Origin: a bacterium
Lineage (GTDB): Bacteria; UBA10199; 2-02-FULL-50-16; JAJFLM01
Length of the DNA: 64,000 bases
Assembly (NCBI GenBank): GCA_965216315.1
Contig: CBDCFN010000016.1
Span: 672,001 to 736,000, forward strand
Direction: 5' to 3'
Each line of letters begins with the position of its first letter. Position 1 is the stretch's first letter. This document shows, in pieces, positions 26,101 to 34,900 of the stretch. The position numbers were made by a program, and so were the translations under genes. The notes under the pieces were generated by a model. The model saw only the letters and a list, made by a program, of their open reading frames with translations, did no database searches and had not been told where the DNA came from.

Positions 26101-26591
26101 AGTTGATCATCAAAGGGCATCAGACCGAGGGCCGTTCCGTAGATGCGCGGGACACCATTGGCATCAAGGGCGAGTCGTTCCGCATTAAAGAGTGAACCAT
26201 CGGCACTCCACAGATTGCCGCTCACCGTGCCGCCGCCGACGTCGTAAAAACTAACGCCCGTGAGTCGGAGGAGATCGCCGCTCAGATCAAGCATGCCGTC
26301 GCGAATGACATAATCACCGGTCGCACTGATAGCGCCTCCGCGGGGAGCAAACTGACCACCGAGTCTTTCTAAGGACGTAAAACGATCGACAAAGAGGGGA
26401 TTGACGCCGTCGGCACCGCGATGGGGGAGGCGCGCATCGATTTCCAGGTGCAGGTTGCCGTTAACAGGCGCACCGAGGCTGTCGTCACGTCCGTCGCCGT
26501 TACCATCGCCAAGATTATTGGCGGGGTGCTGGGCGTAAAGGGTCCAATCGGGTGATCCGGTCCCTACCGAATTTCCGTCTCCATCTCCCAC
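20172..26591 (-). CDS. 2139-aa acidic hypothetical protein: long beta-rich region plus two C-terminal START/SRPBCC-like modules
   Basis: Long ORF with GTG start. Collinear homology to the 31914-35150 and 28707-31901 products. ILPATPAEVEAVLTNVANMGTW and DNTGWWLIIPAEGGGHWVFRAG segments resemble helix-grip folds. No signal peptide. Confidence 0.85.
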   Translation of the reverse strand: MGDGDGNSVGTGSPDWTLYAQHPANNLGDGNGDGRDDSLGAPVNGNLHLEIDARLPHRGADGVNPLFVDRFTSLERLGGQFAPRGGAISATGDYVIRDGMLDLSGDLLRLTGVSFYDVGGGTVSGNLWSADGSLFNAERLALDANGVPRIYGTALGLMPFDDQLRIVGDNPYVFPYGLNAGGELVCNSDNRSSVTETFPVATALRDNGLPSSWSVSSLLALSAEMATANQRVSEAGILELYSQIFQSSVTDVDYARSELLRRQTEISLMNFDEFKQFYATTYNLSNERMVGIGDEFLTQAHEAFGTDIFHAAAPRGCRPDPNFDLSNVPTWLQNDPLSIVRNVKLNGDLEATGDQLEIPSIMGNPAMTVNFGEGNNALGFDVSYHNPELEAWENGERDATTLANLRHQRELKAHLDTSFSIASVQVGDQEITLPASGDMSIETQLKGLFPTRTPEDLMAHVSLNGQMTVNGDIVVPVISGLDFPALRIRRGAEEHGANHLALSAEHFSINYTGNDPDNPRAVEVSGELHASMNLDMDPVTVDGMTFGGEQRGHLDVVADDTAITIEMGGRFALPTGAYPTPVPVAIDRGYLGLEDVRIVLDPNISINPDSPLGVDQLSGTINGTINVDDLAGTVSPSDERTLAISSDASISITDGTFTIQEDRMDAEIPLTAHVEGNVDGNDQNIDFRSNLSIHDFSNDEGYSWRELSINSISGAIIGQWDDIAINAPEGTFGDAATAEFNGDVLPPGINITSDRDGLEFGLCATARVNTQVNGLRVTTPQGTFELTGQLVGTVELINTSAAPDAPEDAPPVNWMPQVGGIRLELRGGTVRQISGGSTNTLMSGGTLEISDNEAGQLRIQAHVNNHMGALLSAAGDFIGVTNLSDRLGVSGVSQTRVDVSEIQIDPDSIHVMEDASADEMCVCAGRSYYNFTEVDSISFPMQSVMRVVSDGTTLLTARASAEITGIQTDSPEAEYHVRIPLSDQTIDVAGGTIDIDAGSGSSRGRVRIDGHNAEMSIRVRPPEGFDVNFSHTQDGITYEITGHLTPTGEVRASLDISDLARPNMRLRTPSDPYTLTGDLTVTARNADGDVIGSGTVNMTTAYNVSGNMRDGRAHFELDVPETVLSGSITEGFEVKGITVGTGARLNIPIRGFRGEIDVDMRDPSNPSISSTWNLPSVGSGDDTPEIFIPSLEIAGFEGDEGEFSDLNINFHQDPQGQQVSVSANPTDGIQFETLPGPDGDPRQVRLTFSVGEADDTIVITGSSESSAGVTGSISPDGEITINVSDLNVNSEVDGHVRQPLQLDLTNLDTLAHIPGLQVHFNPTTNEVRFTATPPTPTLPTPPATFEEFFTWDRARWTTYQSDLEGQTHMMRLSEAHANVQRATGRSIPPGSGDIFVNMTGPLDVTLTADANLLGNLSTALEGVLDVRRALPAPPVCTASDCPAVVWSDQQTGTPTLYFTQTAEEGGTPAIHSEVPGILQEALGIPRSDVDAILRDLRIEVPEVISTVRSDAAISSHYSEDDLQSFLYSYFNVPTAERGTHRQFDLRGLIALANVRRSLGNLLTHSGNQLPVHGHIFRNDDYHSVSEGDGSDMQLLSILPATPAEVEAVLTNVANMGTWDHWTDDVNVTGSSSTGELLNDYDYTITTSTRTEGNIRIIHFHMTPSEDNDMEAYTRTVRLIPVTGAIDPDTGAAVDNGTLVVFDEHSDFNGPDHELPFPRTRISTEPSITWEGFLNGSLRALEPPQSSVTRHSTNRYAVTAGNILALIRTPGATARDIRTELPYDSTSSTETSTVRRVDFLTMGVSETTELPILTIGETAQEGDVRPYLVDRLGVPEADFNRWMRAREIPIEELRTSSGLDTQLSADAFMALATTMLNPPSVMSDIASDFGSATERYLLTIEHIKNRSTEMRGSNHFGDVLVFEDDRFHPNISQDSRRQGDTVDSLNIYYVPETLEWNGSDTTVDIDRFIDTIHHAEDYDRLDAGNFSRADNVPSPTLSSGTVDPARAYTSSTISLPGGLALDYLISSIPSAETVNTVGRLSAWRLEASPGLDDFLDNTGWWLIIPAEGGGHWVFRAGILNSGPSGSDNTGTVADTGRAGVVNFMEALVSSTLEYQRTGNREAWTSGRAIDYRVGEVRRIP

Positions 26592-26598
26592 GAGGCTG

Positions 26599-26625
26599 GT
26601 ATCGCGGCCCCCTTAAAAAGGTTGC
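26599..26625 (-). promoter_or_regulatory. putative sigma28-like promoter
   Basis: Minus strand GCAACCTT-N11-CGCGATAC, ending 7 nt before GTG 26591. Confidence 0.55.
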
Positions 26626-26843
26626 TAGGAAAACCGTCTGAAGGTCTTGAAATCACTAGGGTTTTCGAATTTTTCTAATGACGCACTGTGCTATGATCTG
26701 TGGATAAGTGAGATAAGATTGCAACACCATTGGGGAATTCGCGTGACGCGCTTTTTTGAGCAGGTGAATCCGGGAGTGGACAGAATTTAGGTGCCGCTTC
26801 CACCCTCCGTAGCTGTGCTACTGCGGAGGACGGGTGCTGCGCC

Positions 26844-27410
26844 CTAAAACAAAGGAAAGAAGTCGAGCCCAACGGCGAGCTGCAAACCAATCACAAGCCC
26901 GCCCTCGGCGTGATTGCCCATGTGTTCCGCATTTCCTTCACCGCCGATGTACAAACCACCCTGAATGTACGGATTGACGCGATTGACGGGGTAATTCATT
27001 GGTTGGGTCCAGGGCCGCCATTGCACTCCGAGGAGAATGCGGCCGCCATGGCGCTGTAGTCCGTTGTCGTATTGTTCGAAGGTATAGCCGAGGCCTGCAA
27101 AGGGCGTGAGCTGGCCGTCATAGGACCAGAGTTCGGCCGTGAAATAGGGCATGTGGCGCATGCCTGCGAGGGTCTTTTCGAAGGTATAGCCCAGGTTAAA
27201 ACCGAGTCCCTCGAAGGAGCCGTCTTGCGGGCTCTCACTGCGGGCGCGTCTGAGTGTCAGCGCGAAGTCAAAACCACCGCCGACGCTTCCATCCAGTACC
27301 TTGGAATCATTGTCGAAATAGCCGAGGTCAAAATTGGCGCTGCCGAGCGCACCGAGGCGAAAGCCGAAATAATTGGTCCTGAGCTGGCAGCCTAGATCTC
27401 CGTCACACAT
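26844..27410 (-). CDS. outer-membrane beta-barrel-like hypothetical protein without signal peptide
   Basis: SD GAGGA upstream of the ATG. Alternating amphipathic strands (GLGFNLGYTF, LTPFAGLGYTF, VNPYIQGGLY) and a C-terminal aromatic end (VGLDFFPLF). Confidence 0.7.
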   Translation of the reverse strand: MCDGDLGCQLRTNYFGFRLGALGSANFDLGYFDNDSKVLDGSVGGGFDFALTLRRARSESPQDGSFEGLGFNLGYTFEKTLAGMRHMPYFTAELWSYDGQLTPFAGLGYTFEQYDNGLQRHGGRILLGVQWRPWTQPMNYPVNRVNPYIQGGLYIGGEGNAEHMGNHAEGGLVIGLQLAVGLDFFPLF

Positions 27411-27433
27411 GGCAATCTACATCCTCTGCTAGT

Positions 27434-27461
27434 GGTTCGGCGGGCCCGAATAAAAAGTTGC
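27434..27461 (-). promoter_or_regulatory. putative sigma28-like promoter
   Basis: Minus strand GCAACTTT-N12-GCCGAACC upstream of ATG 27410. Confidence 0.55.
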
Positions 27462-27496
27462 TAGGGTAATTTTCCGAAATTATTGGAAAATACTGT

Positions 27497-27519
27497 GTAG
27501 GGGCGCTGCTCGCCGTGCC
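27497..27519 (+). repeat. GTAG-type REP-like element
   Basis: GTAGGGGCGCTGCTCGCCGTGCC, related to the copies at 35281 and 37767. Confidence 0.55.
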
Positions 27520-27528
27520 AAATCAATT

Positions 27529-27987
27529 TTACGCGATCTCCCGGAGAATCCGTAAGGATTCGGAAATATGCTTTTTGGCCTGAAGCTGCGAATTAAAGAT
27601 GTGCCGCACCACGCCTTGTTTATCAATGATGTAGGTGACGCGCCCCGGCAAAAGGCCGAAGGTTGACGGGACCCCAAAGCTCTTGCGCACCTTGCCGCCG
27701 GGATCACTCAACAACACGAAGGGGAGGCGATGCTGCGCCGCAAACTCGGTATGGCTTTCCTCGGAATCGGAGCTGATACCGATGACCTCGGCGCCGAGTT
27801 CTTTGAAGTCCTCGTATTGATCGCGAAACGAACAGGCTTCAGCGGTACAGCCAGGCGTATTATCCTTTGGGTAAAAGTAGATCACGACCGCCTGTTGGTT
27901 GCGGTATTGTTGCAACGATACATCTTCACCGTCCGCATTCTTTAATGTGAAGTCCGGAGCGCTGTCGCCGACTTGGAGTTGGGGCAT
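27529..27987 (-). CDS. bcp: peroxiredoxin Bcp/PrxQ
   Basis: GDSAPDFTL, YFYPKDNTPGCTAEACSFRD, GISSD and GRVTYIIDKQG motifs. Start reassigned to ATG 27987 because the longer ORF overlaps the upstream gene. Confidence 0.93.
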   Translation of the reverse strand: MPQLQVGDSAPDFTLKNADGEDVSLQQYRNQQAVVIYFYPKDNTPGCTAEACSFRDQYEDFKELGAEVIGISSDSEESHTEFAAQHRLPFVLLSDPGGKVRKSFGVPSTFGLLPGRVTYIIDKQGVVRHIFNSQLQAKKHISESLRILREIA

Positions 27988-28022
27988 AGCTAATGCGAAA
28001 CAGAATAGAGTGACTTTGTCAA

Positions 28023-28697
28023 TTACAGCCTCAAACGCAATCCCGCCGTGATGCCGTTGGTGACAAGGGGATCGAGGAACTGGTGATTGTATTCGATGAA
28101 GCCGATTAGTAGTGGGTTGTCGCCGGTGATGCGGAACTGGGCGCCGATATCCATATTCAGCCACGGATGGACATTTTGGTCTTCGTAGGTCATCGCCGCG
28201 CCGCCCATGAGGTTGATGTACAGTGAGGCGACATCCGGGTAGGGGAGATGCACGGCAAAACCTCCGCTGACTGCCGTGAACTCATCCGTCGCCAAGATCT
28301 CGAGGCGTGGCATGAAAAAGACTCCGACGGGAGCATTTAAAGCAAAGTCGGGGAGTTGAAAAAGGATGGGCGGAATCAGGTCCGCAAACTGAACATCGAT
28401 GCGGCCGCCGCCATGGATCGCGCCGGTCTGCTCACGCCAGTACAGCATGCCGGCAAAACCCCAGCGGAGTCCCGGCATCAAAGGTCGCGCATGGAGGTCC
28501 GCTGGGGCTGGACGTGTCGTCCATGGCAATTCGGGAAATTCTTCGGGTGTCGAGACTGGAATTTCGCCGGTCTGGCACTGTTCATCCGCCGCCGCAGCAG
28601 GTGCAGCAGCTGGCGGCGTTGTTGCTTGGGGCGTGGGACCACCACTCGATGGTGGTGTTGCCTGCGCGAGCCGTAATGTCAGTTCATTTCCTCCCAT
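28023..28697 (-). CDS. beta-barrel-like hypothetical protein with Pro/Ala-rich N-terminus, no signal peptide
   Basis: SD AAGGAG, 9 nt after the upstream stop. About 8 amphipathic strands ending NGITAGLRLRL. Confidence 0.72.
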   Translation of the reverse strand: MGGNELTLRLAQATPPSSGGPTPQATTPPAAAPAAAADEQCQTGEIPVSTPEEFPELPWTTRPAPADLHARPLMPGLRWGFAGMLYWREQTGAIHGGGRIDVQFADLIPPILFQLPDFALNAPVGVFFMPRLEILATDEFTAVSGGFAVHLPYPDVASLYINLMGGAAMTYEDQNVHPWLNMDIGAQFRITGDNPLLIGFIEYNHQFLDPLVTNGITAGLRLRL

Positions 28698-28706
28698 AGT
28701 TTCTCC

Positions 28707-31700
28707 TTAATCGGCCTCCGGCGTGCGAAAGAGTTGACGGTATTGAAAGCTTACTCCCGTGCGTGGAGTTCCCGAGGACGATTGACGTTGAGTGCGATGA
28801 TAAATGCCGGTCAAAAAGCTCGCGACATCACGAAAGGCCTGTTCGGCAAGGTCAACATCACCGGCTTGAATGGTGTTCAATAAACCTACGCGTAAGACGA
28901 GCGTGCCGCGATTGCCTTCAAGTGGGAGCACCGCCCAATAGCCTTCGTTTTCTTCCATCCCTTGCTCGGAAATATTGGGGCGACGGGCCCAGGTCCACGG
29001 AGCGTAACCGATGTTGCCGACGTGTTGAATGGTGCTCGGGGTTTCGATACGATAGTCGACGACGCGAACGGTGATATCGAGGCTGACATCATAGCAGCTA
29101 CGTCCGCTTTCCGGGTGCTCACAGGCGACTTGAGCCGCACGTGTAAAACGGCTCGAGTAACGATTGAATTCATGTGGTCGACTAAAGACGCGCAAGAGAT
29201 CTTGTGCGGAGATGTCATTGGGGAAGACACTGTAGGCGACACTATCTGTACTATCTGCAGGTGTGCTGTTATGGCCACTCCAACGATGAAAGCGACCCGG
29301 TGCAAAGTTCCTAAAATCAAGGGCTAGCTGTTGGGCTCCGGCTTGAGGGATCCAGGATTGAATATTGGCCCGGATGTCACCGAGATGGTGCAAGAAGCGA
29401 TCCCCGCGACCGATGAAGGGGGCCGGCATGTCTTGTAGGATCAAACGTGCAAAAGAGGTGACGGTTTCCGCACTAAACTGTTGTCGCACCCAAGGAAGAC
29501 TGGCGATGTCGGCAATGGGAATGCGTCCTTGTTGAATGCGTTGATCGGCCCATGATCGCTCGACACCCAGCGTGGAGACCATAAGCTGGGCGACTCGGTC
29601 ACGCTCGCGCTCTGAAACAGTCAGTCGAATTTCTGTAGTCGTAACTTCGCGTCCATCGACTTGCTGCGTGGCACTGTGAAATTCCATAAACTCAGGGGGG
29701 CGACTGGCATCATCCATTCCGGTGAAGGCGTAGCGGAGAGTGCTTACACTTTGAGCATGGCCATTAGGATTGACTTGAGCGGCGGTCCGACCGCGACTTA
29801 ACATTTGATAAAGATTCGAGATGCCGCGGTTTATGCGAAATGCATGGACCCGGGTCGGGTCGCGATTTGGATTCATTAAGGGGATGATCCGTTCACCAAG
29901 TTCGGAGAGCATTTCTCCACGCAGGGCAAACTGGCTGGAATCGACGACTCGCGAAAAATTCTCGACCCGTCCCTGAACGATGTTGGCATCAGTGCCGGTG
30001 AAATCGATCGCTTGCTGTTGCACGAGAAAGGTGCCAACGACGCCGCGTTCGGGGTGGCGTGGATCGCGTACGGGTATCAGCAAGTTTCTTCCTGCAAACA
30101 CTTGAAAGCCGGCATTGCCGCTGTCGTCGCCGGTGACGGGCGCATAAGAAAACGTTTGGACCGCATCTGTCGAGCGTGTGGCTCCGTAGCGACGGCTCTG
30201 AGCGCGCACGTGATAGTTGAAGCGTCCATCAATGGTACCGCGGAAGCTTCCGTCGGCTTGACGACTTGAGGCCGTGACCCATGGGACCCAGTAACGATGA
30301 TCGGCCATGTTTTGTAGCAACGGCAGTATTCTTTGTGGCGGATAGGGGATAAAGGCTGTTGCGGTTTGATTCGCTCCATCCGTTCCTGCCGGCATGGCAC
30401 CTCGATAAGAGGCATCTTCGTCGTCCACGGGAAAGCGCTGCATGATCGTGCTGCGCACCTGAGAATGCCACCAAATTTCTCGGTTGAAGCCAACGAGCTC
30501 TCGGAGATTATGACGGATGTTGCCGAGTGCCAAAAAGAAGCGGTTGCCGCGATTCGTAAAGTAACGACTGGCTGGGTCGCGCGTATCGAAAAAAGCGCGG
30601 ACCAGTGAGCGGACGGTCTGAGGTGGCATGTAGGGAGTACGACGAATGATGTCGCTGATCTGAATGCGGCCGTTTTCAAAGAGGCGTCTCGCTTGGTTGC
30701 GCTCCAGTCCGAAGGCGCGACCGATGGCGGTGATCAATTCATCGTCTCGTCGGTTGAGAATAAATAAGGTATCTTGGGTGGCATTGTAGACAACCGATTC
30801 GCGGGGAGAAGTCGACGGAAGCGGGGGATTCGGATGGAGGCGCCGGATATCAAGGGCCTGCCAGACCTGCTGACGCAGGTTTTGAATTGCGGCCTGCAGC
30901 GGAGTGGCCGTGACCTCCTGTCCGGCGGCACGTTCTCTTGCCTGGGTCTGTTCGATGGTGCGCAAATTAACCGAAAAACGGTGAGTTCTCTCGCCATTCG
31001 CGCGCGGCGGCAGGTTGATATAAATCGATCCACGTCCTGGTGGGAAATATTCGAGTGAACCGGGCAGTCGTGCATTGGCTTCAGTGAGTACTGCGAGGTG
31101 GCGGCGATTCGGATCTTGGAGCTGCTCACGATAACGCGCGTAGGCTTGTCGGTTCCACCGGGTCAAGAAGGCCTGCGTTGAATTCGGCGGTGGCGTCAGT
31201 GGCGGGCTCGCATGTGGCGTGACGGTGAGTTCGATAACACGCGTTTGGGGATTGATACTCAAGGTCATACTTTCAATGCCGGCGCTCGTATCAATATCGG
31301 ATAAGCAATAGAGGCCGCCACCCATGCGAACTTGTCCGGAAGGTATGCGTGAAAGCAGTGAAAAATCGCGCAGACTCACCTGCAGAACGCCTTGAGGCGT
31401 GATGTTAATATCGATGTCGCTGGCACGCGTGGTCGAGCGCAGCATGACAATTAAATCACGGCCAATGTTGGCGTCTAATTCGAGCACGTTAGGCTGGGCA
31501 GCGCCTTCGGTTCTGAAACGAACTCTCCCATCTCTTTGAATCGTCACGCGGTAGCGTTGGCCGTTCGTGCGGTTGTTGACGGTAAAACTTCCGGCCCCGT
31601 GGAGGACGATATCGGGATGGCTGCCCATGGGGTCGCCTGGTAGGGTGCCGGTTACCGGACCGAGTGGGGCGATGGTCCCGCGGATTGTGACGACCGCATC

Positions 31701-31901
31701 ACGTATGTCGACGAGTTGTTGATAGGTATAGGTCTGTGAACCAACGACAGCGACATACTGGTCGCGATCTTGGCGCGGAAAGAAGCGTAAGGCCTGGCGG
31801 GCTTCGGACTGCGTATCAATTTCTCCAGTGCCATGACGGATGACGCGACGGTTGCCACCTGTTTCTTGCCCGCTTCGTCTAATGAGTAGTTCGATCGACA
31901 T
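28707..31901 (-). CDS. 1064-aa Arg-rich hypothetical protein, paralog of the C-terminal half of 20172-26591, two START/SRPBCC-like modules
   Basis: SD AGGAG. Shared blocks FPPGRGSIYINL/IPPGSGDIFVNM, LDIRRLHPNPP/LDVRRALPAPP and ENEGYWAVLPLEG/DNTGWWLIIPAEG. Confidence 0.85.
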   Translation of the reverse strand: MSIELLIRRSGQETGGNRRVIRHGTGEIDTQSEARQALRFFPRQDRDQYVAVVGSQTYTYQQLVDIRDAVVTIRGTIAPLGPVTGTLPGDPMGSHPDIVLHGAGSFTVNNRTNGQRYRVTIQRDGRVRFRTEGAAQPNVLELDANIGRDLIVMLRSTTRASDIDINITPQGVLQVSLRDFSLLSRIPSGQVRMGGGLYCLSDIDTSAGIESMTLSINPQTRVIELTVTPHASPPLTPPPNSTQAFLTRWNRQAYARYREQLQDPNRRHLAVLTEANARLPGSLEYFPPGRGSIYINLPPRANGERTHRFSVNLRTIEQTQARERAAGQEVTATPLQAAIQNLRQQVWQALDIRRLHPNPPLPSTSPRESVVYNATQDTLFILNRRDDELITAIGRAFGLERNQARRLFENGRIQISDIIRRTPYMPPQTVRSLVRAFFDTRDPASRYFTNRGNRFFLALGNIRHNLRELVGFNREIWWHSQVRSTIMQRFPVDDEDASYRGAMPAGTDGANQTATAFIPYPPQRILPLLQNMADHRYWVPWVTASSRQADGSFRGTIDGRFNYHVRAQSRRYGATRSTDAVQTFSYAPVTGDDSGNAGFQVFAGRNLLIPVRDPRHPERGVVGTFLVQQQAIDFTGTDANIVQGRVENFSRVVDSSQFALRGEMLSELGERIIPLMNPNRDPTRVHAFRINRGISNLYQMLSRGRTAAQVNPNGHAQSVSTLRYAFTGMDDASRPPEFMEFHSATQQVDGREVTTTEIRLTVSERERDRVAQLMVSTLGVERSWADQRIQQGRIPIADIASLPWVRQQFSAETVTSFARLILQDMPAPFIGRGDRFLHHLGDIRANIQSWIPQAGAQQLALDFRNFAPGRFHRWSGHNSTPADSTDSVAYSVFPNDISAQDLLRVFSRPHEFNRYSSRFTRAAQVACEHPESGRSCYDVSLDITVRVVDYRIETPSTIQHVGNIGYAPWTWARRPNISEQGMEENEGYWAVLPLEGNRGTLVLRVGLLNTIQAGDVDLAEQAFRDVASFLTGIYHRTQRQSSSGTPRTGVSFQYRQLFRTPEAD

Positions 31902-31913
31902 AATTAAGTGCTC

Positions 31914-34900
31914 CTAGCGCCCTCTTAGTAAGGCCCTCACGTTAATATCGACGGTTAATTCGGATTCTCCCTGCTGGCTCCGGACCCGTGTTTCTGGTGC
32001 GACGCGGACACCACCCGTTTCAAAGCCATGGAGGACTTCTTCCGTCACAATATTCTCAGGGATACGGATGCGCAGCCGGCCATGACGCAGATTGCCGGAG
32101 CCGGAAACGATGGATGTTGTATCGACCGCAGTCCGATTCTGCGATTGAATCTCTCCTGCAGCGTTTCGCTCCGTGATGGTTAGATTGCCTTGTAATCTGT
32201 GACGCCGGCGTGGAATACGGAGACGTTGACGTTCCATGTCAACGCGCGTTGAGATCGAACCATCCATTAAGAGTTCACCTTCTTGCTGAATTGTCGAGCC
32301 GTCTTCGCGGGTTTGGGTTAGATTGATACGAAATCCGCGAATGCGCAGGCGACTGCTTGAACCCGATTCGCTTCCACGGACCGAAAAACGACCGGGAAGG
32401 ACCGTAATGGTGCCACGTGTCTGACCATCGCGAGAGCGATAGGGGATTGAGCGTTGCCGTATCGGCAATGACGCTTCGTAGGAGGCGTGGGGAGATTCGG
32501 ATTGAATTTGTTGGAGGTTGGCGTGACCCCGCAAGTCAATCCGTCCCAGGTTTCGTATGATGGCACGGACTAAAAAAGAGGGGATGCTGACGTCTTGAAT
32601 GCCGCCGATATTGTAATAGCGATCTCCATCTTCGGGCTCACAGCTAGCTGAATCAGCTGTACATGTCACGGCAGAACCATCCCGATAACTGTCGGGATCA
32701 AGCGTACTGGCGATAGCTTCAGAGTTCATAGGGATGACAATTCCTTCCGCGAACAAGCGGGCGCGGGACGGGATCATATCACGAGAATTTTCTCGAGCGG
32801 TACGAACACTGCGGCCGAGGTCCGGAGCTAGGCCACGTAAAAAGTTTTCTATGCCGTTCAGGATGCCGTCGAAGACGGAACGACCGGGCAATTGCCCGAC
32901 AAGATTGTTAAGGTGTCCATTGAGTTCGGCACGAACGACAAACTGGGGCTGACCGGCTTCGTTGACTTCGTCGCGGATGTGCAGGGTGATACCGCTCGCT
33001 AAGGTTTCACCGTTACGCCGAATACGGGCATTATCGATGCGAATGCGGATGCCCCCGACTCGCGGGGCTAGTTCAGGAACGGATGTCTCACTCGTTCTAT
33101 TAAGGAGGGAGAGATCGCCACTGACCTGGCCGCTGATGTTTAGAGTACCGGCCAGGGCCGGGGCGTCAGGAATAGCACTGCGCGGAATCGTTATGCGGAG
33201 GTCGTGCACTTCGGCTGTAAAATGGGCTTGGCTCGTGTAGCCAAGCGGGTGAGTCAAAGGATTGTTGCGTAAGGACGAATTAAGAGTGACTTGAATGTTT
33301 TGTAGCGCCGAGGCGTCACCTCGTAGTTGGACAGCGCCAATATCCGCGTTCAGGGGGCCCAGGAGCGAGAGATCACTTAGCTGTATCATGCGCGTGACAC
33401 GACGTTCTCCGGTCTCACTGTCTTGATAAGGTGTGTCTTGCAGTCTGAGCCCGACAGCGGCATCGCTTTGCAGGGTATTTCCATTCAAGTGACCGGATAA
33501 ATTTAATTGATTGAGGATGTTGAGTGTAACGAGGTCATTCTCAATGCTGAAATCTCCTGAAGTGTGGATTTGTCCGGAGATATTTTGAAAGAGATGTTCT
33601 CCCGAACTTCCCGAAATGTCAGTAAGGTTTACCATCCCATCAATGTTGCCGGAAACGTGATCGACGTGATGCACAGAGGTCGGGTCAATGCGAATATCGG
33701 GAGCGACAAGTAGATGGAAATAGGGAAGCGTGACATGTCCGTCGCTGAAGTGAACAGGAAACGCTTGTGACGGCAGCGCCATGCGGCCGGAAAGATCAAT
33801 GAGGACGCCTTGCTCGTCGGCAGTAAGCTGGGCCTGTGCGGATAGCGGCCGATCTAAAATGCGATCCCCCATTTGCGCACTTTGGATGTCTAAAGATGCC
33901 TGGGCGTTGCCGAGCAGGCGCACATGTCCGCCGCTTAAATAGCTGATTGATAAATTGCTGATGAGTTGGTTCGGGTTGTTACTGCGTTCAACGGTGATGT
34001 CCGGAACGCCCTCAATATTAATGACTTCGATGTTGCCCTCTTGGGTGATGACACCGTGTAGAAATATTTGAGCCAAGACGTCATCGAGTAAGCGCGGTGA
34101 CGGGGGTCCATCGACTTGCGCGGTCGTATTAATGACGCCTTGGATGGGAAGATGAATGCTACGCTCACCCGCGATAGGATCGTGAATGCGGATCTGTTGA
34201 AAATCAAAGGTTGTTAATAGGTTTGCAACTAATTGGGCATGTTCGGCGGGTTGATCGCGACGACGGAGTTGATCACGGAGGCGCGGGTTGTCAAATGCCA
34301 CACTCCAGCTGGCGAGATTGGGACCGTCGCCAAAGTCTATTGTCATGGGTGAGAAACGATAAGGATGCTCGGGGTCCGGTTGAATCTCCATTGTTTGCCC
34401 GGCGATGTTTACGACTCCGTTGGTCCGTGCGCGGAGTAGATAAGGAAGGGCGCTGAGCGGATTCTGCGGGTCGCGAGCGATAAGCGTTGGAGGATTGATA
34501 TGCAGATCGGGATCTTGCGGGCAGCCGCCCGCCGCGGCCATTTCACTGACGTCGAGGCCGAGGCCGATCATAGTCGGGAAATCAAGTGGCGATGGGATGC
34601 CGTCGCGAAGGCGACGTGTTGTCGGAAGATCGTGATCGACTTCCCAATCGCGCTCGTCATCGCAAATCAACTCATCGCGATAATTAAAGCCTAGCGGGAG
34701 TTGTGATAAGAGATTCAGGTCTTGATTGAGTCCGAACGGCCACCACAGTCGATGCGGTTCATCGCTGAACCGACTGCGATGTTCGACCTGTCCGCTGATC
34801 GTCGGTGAGCCGTCGTTGAGAAAAATTTGTTCGGGTCGAAAGAGGATGTTTACCCCAATCCAGCTCGGCATCCAATCGGGATAGATATCCTCGCGCAGGG

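Noticed and set aside
26699..26707. Perfect DnaA box TGTGGATAA
   Set aside because: Single copy with no box cluster or origin-associated genes. It could be chance.
31895..31920. Pseudogene interpretation of the split giant gene
   Set aside because: The junction has a stop, an SD (AGGAG) and an ATG, and both halves are long intact ORFs.
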